Origin: Candidatus Thorarchaeota archaeon
Lineage (GTDB): Archaea > Asgardarchaeota > Thorarchaeia > Thorarchaeales > Thorarchaeaceae
NCBI GenBank assembly: GCA_003345555.1
Contig: PRDJ01000047.1
Coordinates: 1 to 28,091, forward strand
Direction: 5' to 3'
Length of the DNA: 28,091 bases
Positions within the stretch are counted from its first letter, which is position 1. Every line of letters starts with the position of its first letter. Positions 21,611 to 28,091 of the stretch are shown in pieces. The notes below the pieces were generated by a model. That model did no database searches. It saw nothing but the letters and a program-made list of their open reading frames with translations, and was not told the DNA's origin. The translations under genes and the position numbers were made by a program.

Positions 21611-22609
21611 ATGTATCGTACAAGCTTTGGCATCACAACAAACATGAGTCTAGCAGCATCGGCCTGGATTGCAGACAACGCTAAGTCACTCGGGGTCGAT
21701 GGGATCTGGGTGGGTGAAGACATAGGCCGAGGGCATGACATACTTGCATTGACGACGGCGATGGTGCTTCGTGCAAGAGGAGTCAGAGTCGGTACTGCCA
21801 TCATTCCAGTCACAGTCCACGATATCACTGCTCTTGCAAGAGCCGGAAGAACACTAAATGAACTGGCCGAAGGAAACTTCGTGCTGGGCATAGGCATTGG
21901 CGGGATGCAAGACATACGCAATCTCGGAATCGCACTTGACAAGCCTGTTACAGCCCTACAGGAGACGGTCAAGATTCTCAGGAAACTGTGGGCTGGAGAA
22001 TCCGTGACCGCAGAATCTGAGTTATTCAAATTGAAGGACTACAGCCTTGGACTAAGGCGGCCTCTTTCTTTACGTGTGTTCTTGGGAATTCGTGGCCCAC
22101 AGATGCTGAGATTGGCGGCGAGGATAGCGGACGGCGTTGTCCTATCCGGTCCCATTGCCTATCTGGAATATGCGATTCGAATTATCCGGAATGAGGCAAC
22201 AAGAACCGGCAGAGACCCCGAGTCAATTGAGAAGGTGGTTTGGGTTCCCACTATTCCAACCTTCAAGGAGGGTGATATCGCGGCTTCAAAAAAGGTGATC
22301 GCGCTCGTTGTGGCCGATACCCCGGATCAGGTCATCAATCTGACAGATGTCGACAGAAAGCAAGTCGAACTGATTCGTTCATCCGTCAGGGACGAGGGGC
22401 CCTCTCAAGGTGCAGCCTATGTAACAGAGGAAATTGTGGAGACATTTTCGGTGACAGGAGACAGTACACACGTGGTCGATCAATTCGACATCATGGCCAG
22501 AGCAGGTGCAACTGAGATTGTCATAGGACCACCATTCTCAGGCGACTGGAGGGCGGCTGCCACCGAAATTCTCCAGGAAATTGCTGCTAGGAAGAGAACC
22601 ATAACTTGA
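21611..22609 (+). CDS. LLM-class (Mer-like) F420/flavin-dependent oxidoreductase
   Basis: GVDGIWVGED, RVGTAII, FVLGIGIGG, LRKLWAGESV, GIRGPQMLRLAARIADGV, IVIGPP. Confidence 0.88.
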   Translation: MYRTSFGITTNMSLAASAWIADNAKSLGVDGIWVGEDIGRGHDILALTTAMVLRARGVRVGTAIIPVTVHDITALARAGRTLNELAEGNFVLGIGIGGMQDIRNLGIALDKPVTALQETVKILRKLWAGESVTAESELFKLKDYSLGLRRPLSLRVFLGIRGPQMLRLAARIADGVVLSGPIAYLEYAIRIIRNEATRTGRDPESIEKVVWVPTIPTFKEGDIAASKKVIALVVADTPDQVINLTDVDRKQVELIRSSVRDEGPSQGAAYVTEEIVETFSVTGDSTHVVDQFDIMARAGATEIVIGPPFSGDWRAAATEILQEIAARKRTIT

Positions 22610-22665
22610 GTCATCTCAAGAGAGACCTGCATTCCGTGATTCAGAAATACAAAGAATACGAGGTT

Positions 22666-24099
22666 CTAAGTCAGATAGCTAGCTAGGTCCAAGTCATCAG
22701 TGTCTACATACCAGAAGTCATCCTCTCTTTTCCAGTGCCGCGCCAAATCCAGCATAGAGCGCGACCCCTTTTGGACAAGGGTCATGATGGGCAATACCGA
22801 CTCTACTCCACGTTTGTGCTCCAGTGAACGAAAGTACTGGTAGTACTCAACCTGATGTTGACTTGGAACCTGTATCCAAAGTATTACTCCTCTCGAAGAC
22901 ACAAAATACAGCGCAGCTGGAACGAGGGGCATTAGTGACAGAATGCGTTCTGTCCAATCTGGTTTGCACACTACCTCGAAACAGAAATTCCCCGAGAGGC
23001 CAATTCCTGCGAAGACCGTGTATGGCAGTATTACACGACGCTCGATCAGTCTGTGCGTAGAGCTGATGACCTGTTTTGTGTCTACGTCCCATCCTTTTAT
23101 TCGAAGACTCTGGCTGACGGTCTCTGGAGAAGCACGACAATCAGACCTTAGCTCGGAGGTAACAGCAAAGTCTAGAGGTTGAAACTCCTTCCTTCTACCG
23201 CCGCATGAGAGAACATGAAGGGTTGACCCGGCCTTTTCGACGGGCGCCGCTTCCGGAGGCTGGCGGATTACTTCAGAAATCGACCATGTGCCGTTGTTGA
23301 GAAGGGCGAGATTTGACTCAGCACCCATAGATGACTGAACATGAAGGCTTACATAATCAAAGACCGAGCCAACAAGCGCACTTGCACTTGAACGAAGAAC
23401 TGAAAGCTCCTGCTCGCCCCCGGGAAACATAAGAGAAACGTAGCCCAAGTCGCTTACTGCAGTCTTGAGAATGCTTCTAGTGAACGGGAATCCAGCCATG
23501 CCTGTCTCAATTGCAGCCCAGTCAACTCCTTCAGACAGCTTGAAGAATAGCATTACAGACTGGATACCAAAAGCTGTGTTGTCTGACAGGCAACTGAATC
23601 GTACGGCATGTTGGTCCTTCAGACGAACGAGGGATGACGAAACTGTCTTGGGAGCAATCTCCAAGGTCCTTGCGATAGCATTCACGGTCGATAGTGGGCT
23701 TCTGGCCAGACAAGAAAGTACTTGCAGGTCTCGATCATTGATCGGAGTCTCGTCATTCAGGAACGCAAAGCTGTAGGCAGACTTGATGGAATCGGAAGTA
23801 TGAAGGTTGTATTTCTTGAGCGTCTTGAGATTGTCGATGATTTTCTTCATGAAGTGTTCGTTGACGGGTGCCACGGTCGGATCGGTCGGCGACTTAGCAA
23901 ACTCGGGGTTTTCCTTCAGATGCTCAACAACGCGCTTGGCGTCTTCAAGCGATACAGTTCCAGCGAAGAGAGCAAGATACAGGCGAATTGCCTCGAGATA
24001 GAATCGGGCAGATGGATCATCCACCGATGGAATCAAGTCATCATATGGTGTGGATACCTCTGGTAAGGCGCTCTGGCCCGGTACCAAATCCCTAGGCAC
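22666..24099 (-). CDS. Tandem (double) Lrp/AsnC-like wHTH regulator with extra N-terminal helical domain
   Basis: DRDLQVLSCLARSPLSTVNAIARTLEIAPKTVSSSLVRL followed by a RAM-like alpha/beta segment, and a second unit FQPLDFAVTSELRSDCRAS...RLIERRVI. Confidence 0.7.
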   Translation of the reverse strand: MPRDLVPGQSALPEVSTPYDDLIPSVDDPSARFYLEAIRLYLALFAGTVSLEDAKRVVEHLKENPEFAKSPTDPTVAPVNEHFMKKIIDNLKTLKKYNLHTSDSIKSAYSFAFLNDETPINDRDLQVLSCLARSPLSTVNAIARTLEIAPKTVSSSLVRLKDQHAVRFSCLSDNTAFGIQSVMLFFKLSEGVDWAAIETGMAGFPFTRSILKTAVSDLGYVSLMFPGGEQELSVLRSSASALVGSVFDYVSLHVQSSMGAESNLALLNNGTWSISEVIRQPPEAAPVEKAGSTLHVLSCGGRRKEFQPLDFAVTSELRSDCRASPETVSQSLRIKGWDVDTKQVISSTHRLIERRVILPYTVFAGIGLSGNFCFEVVCKPDWTERILSLMPLVPAALYFVSSRGVILWIQVPSQHQVEYYQYFRSLEHKRGVESVLPIMTLVQKGSRSMLDLARHWKREDDFWYVDTDDLDLASYLT

Positions 24100-24153
24100 C
24101 TCTCTGGTAGAAAGGAAGAGTATGCAGGCTTAACTATCTCAACTTGGACTTGT

Positions 24154-25242
24154 CTACGCAAGACTCTGCTTTCCAGTCATTCGTAAGAGAGCTTTCTCTA
24201 ATGTCTTTCTGGTAGCAGATTCTTGTGCTATGAATGTGAGTGTTTTCGCAGAGCTCTTCGTAATCTGTATTAGCGATGACGATAGTGCGAGCCAGTTCCA
24301 GAGTGATGGCAACTCAATACTCAGAACCGAAAGACTGCGTCCCGAGACAACCCGCGCCTTTGGCAATGTGCCTGCTTGGATGTGAAGCATTCGCGAAAGT
24401 GGGGATTCCTGAGAGCTCGAATCGACACATAAGACTGCCTTGTGAATGAGACCAATATCGCTGAGAAACACGTAAGGTAAGGTCATCTTGCTCCGAATCG
24501 AGTCCAGACGCCTTCTGAGCGTTCTTTCGGGTGGGCAACGCAGACTTAGGCGGCTCATGTATTCGGTCACTTCTCTGACTGAGGCATGGTAGCTGTCTTC
24601 GAGGACAGACAGGACTGCCAAGTTCTCCACAGTACATGCGCTTGGCTTGCTCAGTTTTAGTGAATTCATGGCAGGAAGCACATCAGCATAATCCTTCATG
24701 GCCCCAGTGCTGACTTCGAACCGGAATCCTTCGTCAAGAGTCCATTGCCTGCCGTCAAAGAGCCCCATGTTCAGATGATTTGAGACCTCGGCTGCTACAT
24801 CATACCTGAGTCCAAAGTCACTTGTGCGATCGTTTGACCAATCTATGAAGCGGGCGGGAAAGGGCGGATCACGACCGAGAGACGTGACTGCCTCAAAGTA
24901 GACAGCTGCGTTGGTTCCAGATGTCATCACGGATCTTGACGCTAGTGTTACTTGAGTATTTGAGTCAAGCCAGGCACAGAATGCTTTGAGCTGATCAGAT
25001 GTCTCTGAGGCCTGCGCCCAGCCAAACACCAGACTCATACCTACCTTTCCATAGTCAACACTGGATTTGACTCTCAGATGGTTGGTACGGACCAGCTTAT
25101 GCCAAGTCTGGTTTACCATTGGCCGACTGACTTGAAGGTCCTTCGCCAAGTCGCTTTGGCGCATGCCCGGATTCATCAATAACCGTCTTAGAAGCCTCAA
25201 ATCCGCTGGTTCGAGCTTGTTCAAGTCCATCACTCTCGGCAC
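24154..25242 (-). CDS. Tandem (double) Lrp/AsnC-like wHTH regulator, paralogous in architecture to 22666-24099
   Basis: ADLRLLRRLLMNPGMRQSDLAKDLQVSRPMVNQTWHKL...VDYGKVGM, and a second unit NLAVLSVLEDSYHAS...ERTLRRRL...LSDIGL. The start may be ATG 25230. Confidence 0.7.
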   Translation of the reverse strand: MPRVMDLNKLEPADLRLLRRLLMNPGMRQSDLAKDLQVSRPMVNQTWHKLVRTNHLRVKSSVDYGKVGMSLVFGWAQASETSDQLKAFCAWLDSNTQVTLASRSVMTSGTNAAVYFEAVTSLGRDPPFPARFIDWSNDRTSDFGLRYDVAAEVSNHLNMGLFDGRQWTLDEGFRFEVSTGAMKDYADVLPAMNSLKLSKPSACTVENLAVLSVLEDSYHASVREVTEYMSRLSLRCPPERTLRRRLDSIRSKMTLPYVFLSDIGLIHKAVLCVDSSSQESPLSRMLHIQAGTLPKARVVSGRSLSVLSIELPSLWNWLALSSSLIQITKSSAKTLTFIAQESATRKTLEKALLRMTGKQSLA

Positions 25243-25431
25243 CGAACAGGTTGGCCGATTGTAAAGTTAAACGATGCATTTTCTTATCTTTTTCGCACTC
25301 ACTCGAAGAGCGGTATGACGGGTATGGACTGCTCCCGCGTCATAGCTCCCTATCTTTGGCTTCCTTGAGGCTTCTTGCCCATCGTGGCGACCCTACAAGT
25401 TCTTAATCTGGAATGCGGATAGATTTCCTAT

Positions 25432-25450
25432 AGTTTCAGTGCCTGAAACT
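25432..25450. promoter_or_regulatory. Perfect 8-bp inverted repeat, candidate operator or hairpin
   Basis: AGTTTCAG-TGC-CTGAAACT in the divergent intergenic region between the Lrp-like pair and the peptide ORFs. Confidence 0.45.
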
Positions 25451-25606
25451 GCCGGAGTGGCCTCTACAGGGAGCACCATCGGGCCGGACCGAGCCCAAAT
25501 GGGCACCCGCAAGGCCGTCATAGGTGGGACCGTGTAGAAGACATTCCTGAGTATCGATGTCCAAGAATGCGAAGCTAAGGAGGTGACAAGAATTAGCGCA
25601 GATCGA

Positions 25607-25729
25607 ATGCGGACAATCTACGAGAGTATGACCAACAACCGAGTCGCTCTCAGATTGTTGTCGATCGGAATAGTGCGTGGCATATCGTCTGTTGTACAGC
25701 CGCCCTGTGAAGACCCTAGTCCGTTCTAG
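25607..25729 (+). CDS. Putative 40-aa peptide ending PPCEDPSPF
   Basis: MRTIYESMTNNRVALRLLSIGIVRGISSVVQPPCEDPSPF*. A perfect SD (AAGGAGGTGA) lies at about 25577-25586, but the start codon is uncertain (in-frame GTG 25583, ATT 25592, ATG 25607). Confidence 0.4.
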   Translation: MRTIYESMTNNRVALRLLSIGIVRGISSVVQPPCEDPSPF

Positions 25730-25857
25730 ATAGAACATGGATAGCACGACTAGTGCCTCTCATGGGTCTTGGCTGTGCCGCGGACGTCTTGTCGCGCAAT
25801 TGCATTGGACATTGGGTACTCGAGCTAGGCGCGTCGGAGAAAGGAGGACACAGAGAG

Positions 25858-25902
25858 ATGCTTAACCCACACCCACTATCACCAGATCCAACCCCGTGGT
25901 AA
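25858..25902 (+). CDS. 14-aa micropeptide MLNPHPLSPDPTPW, copy 1
   Basis: SD AAGGAGG at 25841-25847, ATG 25858, TAA 25900-25902. Encodes the same peptide as copy 2. Confidence 0.75.
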   Translation: MLNPHPLSPDPTPW

Positions 25903-25943
25903 ACGTGGCAGTCACGTTCGAACCAGAGGGAGAGGGAAACAAA

Positions 25944-25985
25944 ATGGAACACTCGGAACGAAAACACAACAATGGTACCTGTGGC
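25944..25985 (+). pseudogene. Degenerate 5' remnant of the 85-aa gene
   Basis: ATG GAA CAC TCG GAA CGA...AACACAACAATGGTACCTG resembles ATG ATA GTA ACA GAA AGA...AACAACAGCAATGGAATACCCTG at 26124 onward. The frame is lost after the shared ER. Confidence 0.4.
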
Positions 25986-26038
25986 ACAGTGTTGCCTAGG
26001 TCAACATTGGAGCAGTCATTCAAAGGAGGAGAGTACAC

Positions 26039-26083
26039 ATGCTTAACCCACACCCACTTTCACCAGATCCAACCCCTTGGTAG
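26039..26083 (+). CDS. 14-aa micropeptide MLNPHPLSPDPTPW, copy 2
   Basis: SD AAGGAGG at 26023-26029, ATG 26039, TAG 26081-26083. Differs from copy 1 only at CTA/CTT, CCG/CCT and TAA/TAG. Confidence 0.75.
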   Translation: MLNPHPLSPDPTPW

Positions 26084-26123
26084 AAAAAACGAATATACCT
26101 CATGAAAGAGGAGACGAAAACAA

Positions 26124-26381
26124 ATGATAGTAACAGAAAGAATTGGAACAACAGCAATGGAATACCCTGCCATGCCTGAAACAGGTAGAGAAGTTGATGC
26201 GCTCAACGACCCGGAGATAGTAAGGCTTACTGCGCTAAACCTCGAATTGGCAGTCAAGAATCTAATGTCATCCAAGGCACCACCTGAGTGCCTCGTCCTG
26301 ACAGCAGATATATGCACACACAGACTAATGGCTATACCAACTGCCGATGGCGATGTCAAGGTGCTCGTTTTCGAATCGTGA
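26124..26381 (+). CDS. 85-aa hypothetical alpha/beta protein
   Basis: SD GAGGAG upstream of ATG, natural composition, and a helix followed by three beta-strand-like segments. Confidence 0.75.
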   Translation: MIVTERIGTTAMEYPAMPETGREVDALNDPEIVRLTALNLELAVKNLMSSKAPPECLVLTADICTHRLMAIPTADGDVKVLVFES

Positions 26382-26609
26382 GCGAATCCCGGACGTGTAG
26401 AGTTCGGACTTCGCATCAAACGATTCGTGTCGAGCACCTGGACAGAGCCGCAGGAGTGTAAATAGTAGGCGAGTGTACGTTGTCACGCAGAGCCCATCTG
26501 ATTGTGCGTCGGAGTCCCATCCTTTGGGGCACCAGCCTTGAGCCTGTAGAAGGAGAAGGACACGGAAAAGCCTACTCAGCGCCCGGCAGAGAACCAAGAT
26601 GATAATTTC

Positions 26610-28019
26610 GTGAATGATTTCTCGGATGAACAAGCAATCGAAATCCGAGAACAACAATGTCGTGAGCCCAACAATCGGGAAAATCGACAGACTACTTCTA
26701 ACCTCAGACGTTCCCTCAAGTCAGTGTTCTCGTGGCAGAATTACTCCGTATATCTAGTCACATCGTGGGTTTTCAGTGCATTCGTAGTAGTCTGGTCTTT
26801 ACTGAATCTCTATTTGCGTGCAATTGGTTGGGACTACTTGCAGATAGGGCTCGTATTGGCGATTGTAAGCACCACATCCGCTTGTGCAAGAATCGTTGGG
26901 GGATATGTTGGCGATGCGGTCGACCGCAAGAGACTGTCAATACTTGCTATGCTTATGGCTGGCGTCAGTCATCTGACAATAGGACTTTTCACTGATTTTG
27001 CGGCGGTATTGCTGGGATTGATGATTTACGCAACAATGGACATAGCAAAGGGGGGTTCCTCGGCTTACATCATGGACAACATTCCCCAGAAGGACAGTGG
27101 GTTAGCCCTCTCATTGTTTAGTGCCGGGAGATCATTTGGTGTATTGACCCTGATTCCGTTTGGAATTCTGGTACCAATCATAGGCTTTTGCTTAGCCATG
27201 AGATTTTGTTTTGTCACGGCCGGATTGCTCTTTTTTGTCTGCACGGCGGCACGTGCATACCTCCTGACATCGAGCGTTCAAAAGGAATCCGCCCCCAATG
27301 TTCCACTCTGGAAGGATTTCATTCGCAAGAACCGCTATGCGGTCAGTTTGCTTTTCAGAATAATGCCAGGTGTGCTTGTTGTTGTTATTCTCGATTCATT
27401 TAGTGATGCCCTTTTTCAATATGGAACGTTGCTCTACACCAATGAATACCTTGGCGTCTCGATATCGGGCATTACGATCATCGTGTTAGTCTCCCTTGTC
27501 GTGTCAGTACCGCTCCTGCTGAAAGTCGGCAGATTCTCAGATGAGAGGGGGGTCAGAAAAGCAGCATTGATTGTATACGGTGTGATGCCCGTATGTGCGA
27601 TTCTCATCATACTGGCACCCGTTTTCCCATATTGGGTCCCGTCGGAGATTGTCGAAATTGCAGAGCGCGAGGTAACCGGATTCGGAGCCGTCTTTTCAAT
27701 GCCGTTCCTGGCATTTGTCCTGAAGCAAATCAACGATACGCTTTGGAGCCTCGTACTCCTGACGCTGATTCAGAAGAGACTCCCGAGGCAAGATACCGCC
27801 AAGATACTTGCAGTATTCTGGTTCATTGTGTATCTCTTCATGTCTCTAGGTCCATTTGTCGGCGGTCTTCTGTTCACATACGCGAACCCATCACAGCTGT
27901 TCACCGTGGTCCTCATTCTCAACCTCGTCATCTTGGTTTCCATTGCTCGTGCCGGATTGGTAGGACGAAACGACGAACCAGCAGAACCAAGGCAGACAAT
28001 ATCTGCTTCCCGACAATGA
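26610..28019 (+). CDS. MFS transporter
   Basis: About 12 TM segments, motif A GGYVGDAVDRK, and a second-half repeat GRFSDERGVRK. Confidence 0.93.
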   Translation: MNDFSDEQAIEIREQQCREPNNRENRQTTSNLRRSLKSVFSWQNYSVYLVTSWVFSAFVVVWSLLNLYLRAIGWDYLQIGLVLAIVSTTSACARIVGGYVGDAVDRKRLSILAMLMAGVSHLTIGLFTDFAAVLLGLMIYATMDIAKGGSSAYIMDNIPQKDSGLALSLFSAGRSFGVLTLIPFGILVPIIGFCLAMRFCFVTAGLLFFVCTAARAYLLTSSVQKESAPNVPLWKDFIRKNRYAVSLLFRIMPGVLVVVILDSFSDALFQYGTLLYTNEYLGVSISGITIIVLVSLVVSVPLLLKVGRFSDERGVRKAALIVYGVMPVCAILIILAPVFPYWVPSEIVEIAEREVTGFGAVFSMPFLAFVLKQINDTLWSLVLLTLIQKRLPRQDTAKILAVFWFIVYLFMSLGPFVGGLLFTYANPSQLFTVVLILNLVILVSIARAGLVGRNDEPAEPRQTISASRQ

Positions 28020-28091
28020 GCCGCTGTGCTTATCGGCAAGCAAGGTCTATGTGTGTGAGAGGTTCGCTAAGAGATGTCAGAAGAACAAAGA

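Larger units (their letters stand above)
25840..26130 (+). repeat. Diverged tandem duplication with 181-bp period (SD + peptide ORF + second SD/ATG)
   Basis: The 45-nt peptide ORFs are identical at 42 of 45 positions. Each is followed by a similar GGAGA..AAAC.AAATG element (about 25929-25946 and 26110-26126). Confidence 0.8.

Noticed and set aside
25840-26083. CRISPR array interpretation of the 45-bp direct repeats
   Set aside because: There are only two copies, the 136-nt spacer is too long, no cas genes are present, and the differences follow codon third positions.
25436-26657. Minus-strand ORFs 25436-25747, 25716-25967, 25862-26053, 26060-26437, 26325-26657 and plus ORF 25896-26105
   Set aside because: They have atypical composition and overlap better-supported SD-led plus-strand ORFs.

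Overview
Archaeal chromosomal window. It most likely comes from an Asgard archaeon, probably Thorarchaeota-like; this is inferred from the 23S sequence, the gene content and the expansion segment, not from a database search. It holds about 24 protein genes: an ABC transporter divergent from an HTH regulator and a PH-domain gene, three peptidase-family genes (M14, M55, M28), a UbiE/MenG methyltransferase, an orphan GAF-PAS histidine kinase, a bacterial-type RNase PH, a nucleotidyltransferase, a WD40 protein, a geranylgeranyl reductase, a GNAT, a nucleoside phosphorylase, AfpA, a Mer-like LLM oxidoreductase, two tandem double-Lrp/AsnC-like regulators and an MFS transporter. It also holds one stand-alone 23S rRNA gene on the minus strand (about 9390-12474) with its own promoter and processing stem. 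Three things stand out. (1) An unannotated micropeptide locus at 25.6-26.1 kb: two SD-led ORFs encode the identical 14-mer MLNPHPLSPDPTPW and differ only at synonymous positions, and a third ORF ends in the related DPSPF. The locus is divergent from the Lrp-like pair and lies upstream of an 85-aa gene and the MFS gene. (2) A 233-aa protein that looks like the WED/REC half of TnpB/Cas12f but stops just before RuvC, with no transposase nearby. (3) A 23S rRNA with a branched ES39/H98 and substitutions at several near-invariant PTC, exit-tunnel and SRL positions. Family calls come from motifs read by eye, and rRNA numbering comes from manual alignment.
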